Shown: one piece after another, positions 10,501-19,376 of the stretch
Layout of the letters: each line of letters begins with the position of its first letter
Position numbering within the stretch: position 1 is the stretch's first letter
Assembly (NCBI GenBank): GCA_028873375.1
Contig: JAGWKU010000001.1
Span: 11,763 to 75,762, forward strand
Length of the DNA stretch: 64,000 nucleotides
Direction: 5' to 3'
Source of the DNA: Verrucomicrobiota bacterium
Lineage (GTDB): Bacteria > Chlamydiota > Chlamydiia > Chlamydiales > SM23-39
Notes under the pieces: generated by a model
Database searches by the model: none
The model's input: the letters and a program-made list of their open reading frames with translations, nothing else
Told to the model about the DNA's origin: nothing
Program-made: the position numbers and the translations under genes

Positions 10501-10589
10501 GAGTAGGGATCGAAACACCTTCCGCTATTTATTTCTTTGTTCGAGGCCCACAGGCAATCTGTTTTCACCCTGAGGATAGACATGGATGA
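7551..10589 (+). CDS. recB: Exodeoxyribonuclease V beta subunit RecB
   Basis: LEASAGTGKTFAVEHI (Walker A), VLIDEFQDTDPIQW, LIGDPKQSIYRFRQAD, MTMHVSKGLEFDVVF, C-terminal nuclease VVLHALFEW...FVDWKTNW. Confidence 0.92.
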   Translation: MQKFDCLAASTPVLGPHFLEASAGTGKTFAVEHIVARLLLHESPMELEQILVVTFTRAAARELKLRIRSNIERIARGQLVPWEYLAACKDPSSVRQRMSDALAAFDRCQIYTIHGFCSRMLREFSFEAGIGFTWKESFSSPRLLAALQDFFEMKLSKEVVSPEQLGIVVRWAGSVEELGRKLKKAAKIVPAKFFRDREEEFAALLQSRSPEELISLAQEFEAVKSLYKAEVKGDFKGQIEVLSSFDWEAAFRELIRHKGTLFLYLAPENRKVNAKGSMPHPFFDWGRKTLLPLIESAADPQEIFQQLLAVWKPIEFRIAQEEGILNPDQLLSTMGSAIQQETFRNSVRGKYRAVLIDEFQDTDPIQWDIFQALFLHQVEALYLIGDPKQSIYRFRQADLYTYLKAKETIAPHCHFHLDTNFRSSKELIGALNLLFDREWLKLPKEGRTLPYLPVRAGLDLSTDFKDGKGAIHCLLFQEEISELFPYLVQEIRNLRDQVVSLSSFAVLVKDRYQAAAVQQALAIAGISSMAKSQEPLSETLAFEAMEELFEALREPRHLGKAKVVLAGPFGRYAAEELQRVEESPFVELRAILEEKGWTAACQAFLKMRSKGKTVQENMALQGRSFYADCHQVFEVLLDWERREGFSFEGLGRFFDSLHRMDPEEAPCQRKDSDAEAVQIMTMHVSKGLEFDVVFALGLGTRTPECDVEAEAEKLRQLYVATTRAKRRLYIPIPTSLKKAEMGTHAPIELFCETLGSWKEELRRLSGEASLSIEELPSLVAVTPPFHFTPSLVPPAFQLPSVSPSYLLSFTALAKETSLKPLASIADPQGNYTIHNLPRGPETGVVLHALFEWIYQEKQAWKSPERIQEIVEQDLPALFSPWKKAILQMIEETLTFRLPMGFCLRDVKPGNVLVETEFVFQSQKNFLTGFIDLLFIHEEKVYFVDWKTNWLGEDASHYSEPELKAAIAAHQYDLQARIYREALERVGIETPSAIYFFVRGPQAICFHPEDRHG

Positions 10590-12123
10590 ACTTTCTTTAG
10601 AAAAGCGCCTTGTCAATCGAATTCTACGAGAGAAAAAATCTCCGCAGCTTGAAGAGTTTCTTCTCGGATTTTTAGAAAGTGTGAGGGAAGGACATCTCTG
10701 CTCCAAAATAGACGATCCTTCCCTTCTTCCCTCAGATGTTGTGTCAATAGGAGATGAGCAAACTCCTTTTCCAGAAAAGCCCCTTGTTTTGCAGGAAAAT
10801 CGCCTCTATTTACAGCGCAATTGGGCACTTGAATCTCTGATTGTTCACAAAGCGGCGGAACTCTCTTCACGAACTCCCGTTGTCTTAGATCGGCACCGCT
10901 TTGAGCAGGCGTTGACATCGATGCAAGAAACGCTTCAGCCGGGCCAAAAAAAAGCCATTGAAAGAGCCTATGACCAAATGTTTTCTCTCTTTACTGGAGG
11001 TCCGGGAACTGGCAAAACTTACACGGCAGGTTGTTTTATCCGCCTTCTAGCGGCTTGCCATCCGACTCCTCCGTTTAAAGTAGTGATTGCGGCGCCAACA
11101 GGAAAAGCGGCAGCGCACTTAGAGAGCTCATTAAAAGCTCAGAGTTCTTTGTATTTTCATTGCGAATCGATGACGCTTCATCGTTTACTAAAGTTATATC
11201 CCGGCCAGCATCGCTTTTTTTCAGATAGATTAATTGATGCTGATCTAGTGGTGGTAGATGAAGCTTCAATGATCGATGTTTCTCTTATGCTTCATTTATT
11301 AAATTCAATCGGCCCCGAAACGCGTCTCCTATTATTAGGAGATCCCAATCAACTCCCGCCCGTCGAAGCTGGGAGTCTTTTTGCAGAGATGGCAGAATTG
11401 CTTGGTCACCCTCTTGAACGATCTATGCGAACAGCTGATCCATTTTTGCTTAGCTTGGCAGAAGCGATTCAAAAAGGAGATATCCAGCCAATTCGAGAAG
11501 CGATCACTCCTTTCCCAAATTCGCTCATCGAAGAACTTTGCAGGCGGCTCCATTCGCCGATTCATTCTGTTTCGCCTGATCCTATGGGTTGCTTGCAAGA
11601 GCAAAAGCGGTTTCGTATTTTGTGTGCTTTGCGCCAAGGGCCTTTAGGAGTAGATGCTTTAAACCGAGAATTGATCCATCGATTTGAAAGGCAACTGGGG
11701 CCAGCAGATTGGCTATCGATACCTATTTTGATTACCCAAAATGATCCGCGGAGACAGCTTTACAATGGGACGATGGGAGTATTGATTCAGCAAGCAAGAG
11801 GAACTCAAGGAACTGCTTATTTAATGACGGGAGACCAAGTCCGTGCCTTTCCTGTCAATGCTCTACCTCATTTTGAGGCAGCTTTTTGTCTATCTGTGCA
11901 CAAGAGCCAGGGAAGCGAATTCGAAGAGGTAATGATTCTTTTTCCACCAGGGAGTGAGCGATTCGGTAAAGAAGCTCTTTACACGGCGGTCACGCGGGCA
12001 AAGAGAAAGGCGATGTTGATGGGGGATGCGGCTTTATTGGAAGAGGCTTTAAAAATGCCTTTGCGAAAACGCTCTGGTTTTACAGAGCGTTTCCTTGCGT
12101 TTAAGCAGAAACTCTGTTGCTAA
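10582..12123 (+). CDS. recD: Exodeoxyribonuclease V alpha subunit RecD
   Basis: FTGGPGTGKTYTAGCF, VVVDEASMIDVSLM, LLLGDPNQLPPVEAGSLFAEM, SVHKSQGSEFEEV, YTAVTRAKRK. Confidence 0.92.
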   Translation: MDELSLEKRLVNRILREKKSPQLEEFLLGFLESVREGHLCSKIDDPSLLPSDVVSIGDEQTPFPEKPLVLQENRLYLQRNWALESLIVHKAAELSSRTPVVLDRHRFEQALTSMQETLQPGQKKAIERAYDQMFSLFTGGPGTGKTYTAGCFIRLLAACHPTPPFKVVIAAPTGKAAAHLESSLKAQSSLYFHCESMTLHRLLKLYPGQHRFFSDRLIDADLVVVDEASMIDVSLMLHLLNSIGPETRLLLLGDPNQLPPVEAGSLFAEMAELLGHPLERSMRTADPFLLSLAEAIQKGDIQPIREAITPFPNSLIEELCRRLHSPIHSVSPDPMGCLQEQKRFRILCALRQGPLGVDALNRELIHRFERQLGPADWLSIPILITQNDPRRQLYNGTMGVLIQQARGTQGTAYLMTGDQVRAFPVNALPHFEAAFCLSVHKSQGSEFEEVMILFPPGSERFGKEALYTAVTRAKRKAMLMGDAALLEEALKMPLRKRSGFTERFLAFKQKLCC

Positions 12124-12409
12124 GACGAGATTTAGTGCGAGATGCTTTTTGTCTCTTATAAACCCCGTGTTTGACGCCTTTATCGACCAGACTAAACACG
12201 CTATTTAATCGAGATTGAATAGCTTCTTTTGGTTGTTTTTCCGAAAGAGCCTGTTCCAAATGGCGAATAGCGGTATGAACCTTGGCTTCGTAAGAGCGGT
12301 TTCGAAGGCGACGCTTTTCGCTCTGTAGATTTCTCTTCAGGGCGGAAGGGCGTTTTTGCTTGCCCTCTTTTTTCTTGTCAGGGGCTTTTTGTGCTTGTTG
12401 TTCGGCCAT
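12101..12409 (-). CDS. rpsT: 30S ribosomal protein S20
   Basis: RPSALKRNLQSEKRRLRNRSYEAKVHTAIRHLEQAL... and conserved neighbourhood. Confidence 0.9.
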   Translation of the reverse strand: MAEQQAQKAPDKKKEGKQKRPSALKRNLQSEKRRLRNRSYEAKVHTAIRHLEQALSEKQPKEAIQSRLNSVFSLVDKGVKHGVYKRQKASRTKSRLSNRVSA

Positions 12410-12588
12410 ATAAGAATCCTTTCATAGGCTTGAAAGGCTCCAATTATAGCGATTTCTTCTTAAACCGACAAGGAATCTTCTTCATTATCAATGAAGCTCT
12501 CTGGACCCTTTGTTTCCCAGCTCGCTTTGGCTCTTTGTTTTAATTTCGTTAAAACAATATAATATTAGCAATCAAATAGAAGAAATTC

Positions 12589-12975
12589 ATGGAATTGGAA
12601 CGTTTTTCTCTTTCCGAAGGCTTTTTTAGTTGTTCGGAACCCCTTGTAAATCCGGAAGTTACTGAATTTAAGTCAATTAAAGGAAGGCTCTCCGCCTTTC
12701 TCAACCTATTAGACAAGCTCGCCCTGGTCCCTTTGGCCTTTTTCTATAAGCTCTATAAGTCGTTCTTTTGCTGTCTCCGGGTAGGGGTTGGAGCTATAGG
12801 CCTTTTCCTGACGTTTGGCATGGCCCCTCTGATTCGCGAATTTTTTGTGGAGCACGTTTCTTTGCTGGCTCGCGATTTAGCTGACTGGGTGCTTTGGCCC
12901 ATGGCAGTTTTGACCTGCTTAGGAAGACTCCTTCTAGCTACTCTGGTTCATCCCGCCCTTTACTTCGGTTTTTAG
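12589..12975 (+). CDS. Conserved hypothetical hydrophobic protein (two adjacent hydrophobic segments)
   Basis: ORF with ATG; hydrophobic stretches LALVPLAFFYKLYKSFFCCLRVGVGAIGLFLTFG and LLARDLADWVLWPMAVLTCLGRLLLATLVHPALYF. Confidence 0.6.
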   Translation: MELERFSLSEGFFSCSEPLVNPEVTEFKSIKGRLSAFLNLLDKLALVPLAFFYKLYKSFFCCLRVGVGAIGLFLTFGMAPLIREFFVEHVSLLARDLADWVLWPMAVLTCLGRLLLATLVHPALYFGF

Positions 12976-13850
12976 CGAGCCGCCTTTTCTAAGAGATGGC
13001 GCATCAAAAGGCCGAGAGGCTCGAGAAAGCAAAATCTCACTATTTTTTTTAACAATTTCCATTTCTCTTTTTGTTGATGCTGAGAAAGGGTGAGGATTTC
13101 GAGAGCTCGAAAATTTTCGATGGCAAATCGAAGGGCTGGGACTGTGTCCGAAAGAAGTGCCTTATGGATTAAATCGCCATGAAAAAAAAGATTGGTAAGG
13201 GCTGTTTTTTGGATGATTTGGCGGGGCCATCTTTTTTCTTCCCATGTAAAGACAGGAAGGCGACCCGGAAATTTTAGCTCTACTTTAAAACATTGCCCTC
13301 GTCGAATGCGCCGTTCATTATGGAAAATTTCAAATTGGTCGTAGAAGATAGGAAACATCTGTTTGCGGAGAGTGGCGTAATAGCAGGGAGTTTGTCGAAT
13401 GAGTTTTTCGGCCGGGCGGAGAATGCGACGGTTGAAAACACGGTCATCGAGAATCCAGACGATTTGATAGCCGACTTTCTGGTAGTCGCGCATTCGTTGC
13501 TTGGCTTCGTGAGGGGTGAGAAGGGAGCATTGAATTTCAAAAATAAGTTTATAAGGTTCCCACACAACGTCAGCTACTCGAAGGATTTCGGGAAATGGCT
13601 TTTCGAGAATTGTTTGCGCAGCTGGTAGAATTTTTTGAAGAGCGAGTTGGGCCAGGAGATGGTCTTGGCTTTTGCTATAAAGGCGGCAAGTGGGGGATTG
13701 GCTGAGATGGTAGAAATGGGGAACGCGATAGGGGCCTCGCCGCACTTTGACAGGACGATGGCAGCCTGTGCAGCGGTAGACCCGCCGCTCTTCAGCCTCT
13801 GCTGCGTAAATTAAGATTTCGTCTTCTTCTAGGGCGTAAAGTGTCATCAA
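12972..13850 (-). CDS. Competence protein CoiA-like family protein
   Basis: Cys-rich N-terminus (YRCTGCHRPVKVRRG...HFYHL...C), then RVADVVWEPYKLIFEIQCSLLTPHEAKQRMRDYQKVGYQIVWILDDR, matching the CoiA nuclease-like D...ExQ core. Confidence 0.8.
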   Translation of the reverse strand: MMTLYALEEDEILIYAAEAEERRVYRCTGCHRPVKVRRGPYRVPHFYHLSQSPTCRLYSKSQDHLLAQLALQKILPAAQTILEKPFPEILRVADVVWEPYKLIFEIQCSLLTPHEAKQRMRDYQKVGYQIVWILDDRVFNRRILRPAEKLIRQTPCYYATLRKQMFPIFYDQFEIFHNERRIRRGQCFKVELKFPGRLPVFTWEEKRWPRQIIQKTALTNLFFHGDLIHKALLSDTVPALRFAIENFRALEILTLSQHQQKEKWKLLKKIVRFCFLEPLGLLMRHLLEKAAR

Positions 13851-13964
13851 GCTTGCAAATAATCTAAGAGCTTATATGATATTGACATAAAGGGGGCCCT
13901 TGTCCACAATATTTTCGTTTGTCCTCATTGCAAATAGACGATCTTTTCTTCATTTTAGGAGCTC

Positions 13965-15623
13965 ATGAGCGGTACCACAGCCTTTAGTAACCCCCAGCAT
14001 CAGCAAAAAATAGAGGAGCTTGTAGCGATTGCCAAAGAGCAAGGCTACCTCACGTATGAGGAGATCAATGAAATTCTCCCCATGACGTTCGATTCTCCTG
14101 AGCAAATCGACCAAGTGTTGATTTTCTTGGGAGGAATGGACATCCAAGTCCTCAACCAAGCTGAAGTAGAACGACAAAAAGAGCGTAAAAAGGAAGCCAA
14201 AGAACTCGAAGGGCTCCCAAAACGGACAGAGGGCACTTCTGACGACCCTGTGAGAATGTATCTCAAAGAAATGGGATCGGTTCCTCTCTTAACACGTGAA
14301 GAGGAAGTAGAGATTTCTAAGCGCATTGAAAAAGCGCAAATTCAAATTGAAAAGATTATTTTACGTTTTCGCTATTCAACTCGAGAAGCGATCTCAATTG
14401 CCCACTACTTAATTTCAGGCAAAGATCGATTTGATAAGCTTATTTCGGAAAAAGAAGTCGCCGATAAAGGGCAATTCCTTTCCCTTCTTCCTAAGTTGTC
14501 TGAGTTGATGAAAAAAGAAGATCAGCTATTAGAACAACTGCTGATTCAAGCCCGTGATCCCAATCTTAAAAAAGAAGACCGCGCGCAATTGATGGAAGAT
14601 GTTGAGAAGTGTCGCATCCGTTCGCAAGCCTATTTGCGTAGATTTTGCTGCCGACACAACATCATCGAAGATTTTGGCGAGGTCATCCTGGCAGCTTATG
14701 AGCGATTCCTCATATTAGAAAAAGAGATCCAAGAACTCACCCCCCGCGCAGAGAAGAACAAATTTGCGGCCGCGAAACTCGCTGCAGCAAAACGGAAATT
14801 GTATAAGCGGGAACTCGCTGCAGGACGCAATTTAGAAGAGTTTAAAAAAGATGTCCGAATGCTTCAGCGCTGGATGGATAAGAGCCAGGAAGCTAAGCGC
14901 GAAATGGTCGAATCCAACTTGCGACTAGTCATTTCGATTGCGAAGAAATACACCAACCGCGGCCTTTCTTTCCTCGATCTAATCCAGGAAGGAAACATGG
15001 GTCTGATGAAAGCCGTCGAAAAATTCGAATATCGGCGCGGTTACAAGTTTTCGACCTATGCGACGTGGTGGATTCGACAGGCAGTGACCCGTGCGATTGC
15101 TGACCAGGCACGCACAATCCGTATTCCTGTCCATATGATTGAAACGATCAATAAAGTTCTCCGCGGAGCGAAAAAGCTCATGATGGAGACAGGTCGGGAA
15201 CCTACTCCGGAAGAATTGGCCAATGAACTTGGACTCACGCCGGAGCGGGTACGCGAAATTTACAAAATCGCTCAACATCCAATCTCTTTGCAAGCTGAAG
15301 TAGGAGATGGTGGTGAAAGTCAATTTGGCGACTTCCTTGAAGATACGGCGATCGAATCGCCAGCAGAAGCGACTGGCTACGCGATTTTAAAAGACAAGAT
15401 GAACGAAGTTCTTGCGACTCTTACAGAGCGCGAGAGAACTGTTTTGATTGAGCGATTTGGTCTTCTCGATGGAAAGCCTAAGACGCTGGAAGAGGTGGGC
15501 GTTCGTTTCAAAGTCACTCGCGAGCGGGTACGTCAAATTGAAGCCAAAGCGCTTCGTAAAATGCGACATCCTACTCGTGCTAAACAACTTCAAGCTTTCT
15601 TGGACCTCCTCGAAGGGGAATGA
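13965..15623 (+). CDS. rpoD: RNA polymerase primary sigma factor (sigma-66/RpoD)
   Basis: [94 protein letters not shown]-terminal region 4 HTH. Confidence 0.97.
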   Translation: MSGTTAFSNPQHQQKIEELVAIAKEQGYLTYEEINEILPMTFDSPEQIDQVLIFLGGMDIQVLNQAEVERQKERKKEAKELEGLPKRTEGTSDDPVRMYLKEMGSVPLLTREEEVEISKRIEKAQIQIEKIILRFRYSTREAISIAHYLISGKDRFDKLISEKEVADKGQFLSLLPKLSELMKKEDQLLEQLLIQARDPNLKKEDRAQLMEDVEKCRIRSQAYLRRFCCRHNIIEDFGEVILAAYERFLILEKEIQELTPRAEKNKFAAAKLAAAKRKLYKRELAAGRNLEEFKKDVRMLQRWMDKSQEAKREMVESNLRLVISIAKKYTNRGLSFLDLIQEGNMGLMKAVEKFEYRRGYKFSTYATWWIRQAVTRAIADQARTIRIPVHMIETINKVLRGAKKLMMETGREPTPEELANELGLTPERVREIYKIAQHPISLQAEVGDGGESQFGDFLEDTAIESPAEATGYAILKDKMNEVLATLTERERTVLIERFGLLDGKPKTLEEVGVRFKVTRERVRQIEAKALRKMRHPTRAKQLQAFLDLLEGE

Positions 15624-15640
15624 TTTTTCTCCCCGTTCCT

Positions 15641-15663
15641 AAATGTAAAGCCGCTTTACATTT
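15641..15663. repeat. Palindrome AAATGTAAAGC-C-GCTTTACATTT, copy 1 downstream of rpoD
   Basis: Perfect 11+1+11 palindrome, 17 bp after the rpoD stop codon. Confidence 0.97.
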
Positions 15664-15678
15664 GATTCTGCGTTCGAC

Positions 15679-15701
15679 AAATGTAAAGCCGCTTTACATT
15701 T
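15679..15701. repeat. Palindrome AAATGTAAAGC-C-GCTTTACATTT, copy 2 downstream of rpoD
   Basis: Identical sequence, 15 bp after copy 1. Confidence 0.97.
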
Positions 15702-15749
15702 GAACGAAAATCTTGATAGAAGGAGGAAAACCCCAACTGGAGGATAAGG

Positions 15750-15965
15750 ATGAATCTCAAACAAATCATTGGTTTGGTCTTGTTGGCAATTGGCGTCATC
15801 ATGATCATTTATGCAGTTCAATCAATGAATTCTTTCACAACACATGAAATCACTCGCAAAATCACTGGCAGATGGGACAGAGAAAATCTTAGCTATGTGG
15901 GAGTGGGGGCTCTATTAATAATCGGTGGAGCTGTTGCGGCGTTCTTTTACCGCAAGAAGAGATAG
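15750..15965 (+). CDS. DUF3185-like small membrane protein
   Basis: MNLKQIIGLVLLAIGVIMIIYAVQSMNSF...LSYVGVGALLIIGGAVAAFFYRKKR; preceded by GGAGG. Confidence 0.8.
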   Translation: MNLKQIIGLVLLAIGVIMIIYAVQSMNSFTTHEITRKITGRWDRENLSYVGVGALLIIGGAVAAFFYRKKR

Positions 15966-15967
15966 TT

Positions 15968-16040
15968 TGGAGCGTATCGGAGTCGAACCGATGGCCTCAA
16001 CAATGCCATTGTTGCGCTCTACCAACTGAGCTAACGCCCC
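15968..16040 (-). tRNA. tRNA-Ala (anticodon GGC)
   Basis: Minus strand GGGGCGTTAGCTCAGTTGGTAGAGCGCAACAATGGCATTGTTGAGGCCATCGGTTCGACTCCGATACGCTCCA folds as a canonical cloverleaf. Confidence 0.97.
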
Positions 16041-16065
16041 ACTAGAGTCTGGGCCAAAATTCTAG

Positions 16066-16101
16066 AAGGAAACCCTATTTTGATTCAAGAAGGGTTTCCT
16101 T
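16066..16101 (+). terminator. Rho-independent-like hairpin (aaggaaaccct...agggtttcctt + T run)
   Basis: 11-bp perfect stem, 14-nt loop, followed by TTT on the + strand. Confidence 0.6.
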
Positions 16102-16146
16102 TTTGCTCTTATTTTCTCAATCGGGTATTTTTTTCTCGAGGTTCAT

Positions 16147-17340
16147 ATGATTTTTTTTGAACATGTAATAGAAGGCCCTCCCGATGCCGTCTTTGGGTTG
16201 ATGGGAACATTTCGAGCTGATCAAAGACCCGAGAAAATCAATTTAATGGTCGGAATCTACAAAGATGAGCATCTCAAAAGCGAAGTGATGCCGGTAGTGA
16301 AAAAGGCGAAGGAAAAAGTGCTCGCCTCTGATCAAATGGCCGATTATTTGCCTTTTGACGGGGCTCCCCAGTTCTTTGAGTCCTTGGGTAAATTGGTCTT
16401 TAGAGAATGGGGGAACGTCGAAGATCGGGTATATGCCACACAGGCCATTGGCGGTACAGGGGCCCTTCGACTGGGGGCTGACTTTTTGGCTCAGGAAGTT
16501 GGAAAGAGGGTTTGGATCCCGCAGCCGACGTGGGCTAATCATCGGGGAATCTTTGAAAGGGCTGGCTTTACAGTAGAGACATTGCCCTATTATAGCTCGG
16601 CCCAGCATGGGATTGATAAGAGTGCTTATTTCAAACATCTTCGCTCGCTTCCTCCAAAAAGCGTCGTTCTCTTCCATGGAACGTGTCACAATCCGACTGG
16701 ATGTGATCCTACGCTGGAAGAATGGAAAGAAATTTCTCACATCTGCAAGGAGCGTTCTCTCCTTCCTTTCTTCGATTTTGCTTACCAGGGATTTGGAGAT
16801 GGGGTTGAGGAGGATGCAGGGCCGGTGCGTCTTTTTCTCGATGAAGGACATGAGTTTTTAGTGGCTTATTCGTGTTCGAAGAACTTTAGTTTGTATTGTC
16901 AGAGGGTTGGAGCTCTCTTTGTCGTCTGCAAAGAGGCGGCTGTAAAGCCAAGAGTAGGAAGTCAAATCAAGAGAATTATCCGAACGACGTATTCCAATCC
17001 TCCTGCTCATGGGGCCAAAATTGTAGCGGAAGTTTTAAACGACCGAGCGTTGAAGGTTGAGTGGTTGAAAGAATTAGATCAGATGCGCCACCGTATTTCG
17101 CAAGCGCGCGCTTTGTTGGTCAAAAAATTAGTCGCTAAAGCAAAGAAAATCGACTTTCGATTTGTACAGCAGCACAAAGGAATGTTTTCTTATCTCGATC
17201 TAAGTCCCAAGCAAGTAAAAGAATTGATGGAGAAGCATGGGATTTACATGTTGGATAGCGGCCGGATCAATGTGGCAGGATTGACTTCTCAAAATATCGA
17301 TCGTGTAGTAGACCAGGTGATTGCGGTGAGTGAAGCGTGA
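16147..17340 (+). CDS. Aromatic/aspartate aminotransferase (TyrB/AspC-type)
   Basis: DAVFGLMGTFRADQRPEKINLMVGIYKDE, HGTCHNPTGCDPTLEEW, AYSCSKNFSLYCQRVGAL, SGRINVAGL. Confidence 0.9.
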   Translation: MIFFEHVIEGPPDAVFGLMGTFRADQRPEKINLMVGIYKDEHLKSEVMPVVKKAKEKVLASDQMADYLPFDGAPQFFESLGKLVFREWGNVEDRVYATQAIGGTGALRLGADFLAQEVGKRVWIPQPTWANHRGIFERAGFTVETLPYYSSAQHGIDKSAYFKHLRSLPPKSVVLFHGTCHNPTGCDPTLEEWKEISHICKERSLLPFFDFAYQGFGDGVEEDAGPVRLFLDEGHEFLVAYSCSKNFSLYCQRVGALFVVCKEAAVKPRVGSQIKRIIRTTYSNPPAHGAKIVAEVLNDRALKVEWLKELDQMRHRISQARALLVKKLVAKAKKIDFRFVQQHKGMFSYLDLSPKQVKELMEKHGIYMLDSGRINVAGLTSQNIDRVVDQVIAVSEA

Positions 17341-18401
17341 AACGCTCGTTTTTCTTGTTGCCTGTCTTTCTCTTTTTGCTTCTCAGCTTGCCTGAGGGCG
17401 CCTCTAATCGTCTCCGATCGCGTACGGTGGCTTTACTGTCTCCTTTTTGGAAATTAGGCGATGCGGCTCGAAAGCCTCTCGTTCCGGTGGCCCCTGTTTC
17501 TTCTCAGGAAGTGAATAGCTTGCAGTTGGAAAATCATCAATTGCGAAGCCAGCTCGATCTAGTTTACGAATGGCTGAGTTCAGAAAAGCGGTTGCGCGAT
17601 CAAATCGATGTGTTTCGCGAATTGAAGGGAGAGCCCAAGGAATTCATTGAGCGACGGACGAAGGAGATGAAAGCTCTCCTTCAAAAACAAGCGATGGCGG
17701 CCTTTGGACGGATCATTTATCGCGATCCGAATTCATGGAGCAGCAGCTGCTGGATTGATGTGGGAGAAGAGGATAATGAGGCGCTCGGTCAGCCTATTGT
17801 GGCCAAGAATAGCCCTGTTGTCGCAGGCGCTTCTTTGGTCGGCATTGTGGAGTATGTAGGCAAACGACATTCTCGAGTGAGACTCATCACCGATTCAGGA
17901 TTGAAAATTGCAGTACGAGCTGTGAGAGGGTCGATTCAAGAGCGAGAAATGGCCTCATTGGTACATGTCTTGCTTGATCGATTGCAGAGATACTCTCAAG
18001 GGAAAGAACAGGTCGCGGTCGATGGATTGGCGCAGTTGGAAAAAAAATTCCCGGTTCGGTGGAGCGATTCTTATTTAGCAAAGGGAGAGGTTTTTGGCAG
18101 TAGCGCTACCTATTTTCGCTCTCTCAAGTCGACATTGAAGGGAGTTGGATTCAATTGTGATGTGAGTGACGCAGAAGGGCCTGCTCGTGATTTGCGAAGT
18201 GGAATTTTAAAAAAGGGAGATTTTCTCCTCACTTCCGGCCTCGATGGAGTTTTTCCTCCTGGGCTGAAAGTGGGTGTTGTCAGCTCTGTAAAGCCGCTGC
18301 GTGAAGGGGCCTTTGCCTATGAATTAGAGGCTGTTCCCTCGGCGGAGAATTTGTCTGATCTTACTTCTATCTACGTCCTCCCCCCCCTTAGCTTGGAGTG
18401 A
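17337..18401 (+). CDS. mreC: Rod shape-determining protein MreC-like
   Basis: N-terminal TM, coiled-coil, AAFGRIIYRDPNSWSSSCWIDVG, GIVEYVGKRHSRVRLITDSGLKIAVR; LTSGLDGVFPPGLKVGVV. Confidence 0.8.
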   Translation: MKRSFFLLPVFLFLLLSLPEGASNRLRSRTVALLSPFWKLGDAARKPLVPVAPVSSQEVNSLQLENHQLRSQLDLVYEWLSSEKRLRDQIDVFRELKGEPKEFIERRTKEMKALLQKQAMAAFGRIIYRDPNSWSSSCWIDVGEEDNEALGQPIVAKNSPVVAGASLVGIVEYVGKRHSRVRLITDSGLKIAVRAVRGSIQEREMASLVHVLLDRLQRYSQGKEQVAVDGLAQLEKKFPVRWSDSYLAKGEVFGSSATYFRSLKSTLKGVGFNCDVSDAEGPARDLRSGILKKGDFLLTSGLDGVFPPGLKVGVVSSVKPLREGAFAYELEAVPSAENLSDLTSIYVLPPLSLE

Positions 18402-19376
18402 GCCAAAGGCTTTCTCGTAGAGTTCGCGTTGAAGCGGCTCAAAATTCCTGGCTTTACATAGATTTTTCTCAATTTGAAAGAGGAGATTGCGGTCGGGATG
18501 CACCCTTTGTCCGCAGGAGTGGAGCCGGGCTAGGGGTAGGGAGGAGCGAGCAAGGAGGAACATTGGCTTTTGGAAGGCAAGAACGTCATACCCAACAGAG
18601 GAATAATCGCCTAAGTAGGCGTCAATTCGTTCAAGAAGCGGATAGACAGGAGGAAATTCATGGATGAGGAACACGTTTTCCAAAGAGGCAGTGAGTCGGC
18701 AAAATAGAGCGGGATCTCTTTGTGAAAGGAGAGGGTGGATTTTGATGAGGACATTCCAGTCGCTTTTTTGATTGAGTTGCTGGAAGGTCTCAAAAAAAGA
18801 GGTCGATTGATCGGCATCTTGCCAAGTGGGAGCGTAGAGAAGAGTGGGACGTTTGGGATCGAGGAAGGAAAAGACCTCTTTTTGGGCTGCTGCTCGTAAT
18901 CTCTCTCGATGGGTTTGAAAGTAAAGCCAACGATGATTGCCGATCATCCAGTAGTCAGGAATTTGGATATTTAACTCTTCGAGCATTTTTTTCAGCAAAT
19001 TGCCGTACAGAAGGACGCCATCTTGAGTTGCATAGGGAGCTAAAAGTGGGGTGGCATAGCCTTTATCTGATTGTCCATGAGGGCAAAAGATGAGTTCCAT
19101 TTTTTTGTGAAAGAGGGTCCGAAAGAGCTCTTTGAGGTGAGGCGCCCAATATTTGCATTCGATGAGCAGGTCGAATCGGTCGGCAATTTCTTTGAGATGA
19201 AATTCGAGATGAGTCCACCGCTCGGTAGACACTTCAGGATAATATTTTGCTGCGAGAAGTTCATTTTCTTCTTCGGTGACAATAAGAGGGATGTTGAGGA
19301 TGGAAGCGAGAGGTGCGATGTGATCGAGGAGATGGATGTCTGGTCCGGTATTGAATGCACAAGCTTTTAAAAGCAT
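18324..19376 (-). CDS. CDP-glycerol:poly(glycerophosphate) glycerophosphotransferase-like (TagB-like) protein
   Basis: LLYAPTWQDADQS, LIKIHPLL, RIDAYLGDYSSVGYDVLAFQKPMFLL motifs. Confidence 0.7.
   Translation of the reverse strand: MLLKACAFNTGPDIHLLDHIAPLASILNIPLIVTEEENELLAAKYYPEVSTERWTHLEFHLKEIADRFDLLIECKYWAPHLKELFRTLFHKKMELIFCPHGQSDKGYATPLLAPYATQDGVLLYGNLLKKMLEELNIQIPDYWMIGNHRWLYFQTHRERLRAAAQKEVFSFLDPKRPTLLYAPTWQDADQSTSFFETFQQLNQKSDWNVLIKIHPLLSQRDPALFCRLTASLENVFLIHEFPPVYPLLERIDAYLGDYSSVGYDVLAFQKPMFLLARSSLPLARLHSCGQRVHPDRNLLFQIEKNLCKARNFEPLQRELYEKAFGSLQAKGGEDVDRSKIRQILRRGNSL

Noticed and set aside
16243-16851. 202-aa minus-strand ORF opposite the aminotransferase gene
   Set aside because: Antisense to strong aminotransferase motifs; no signal or family.
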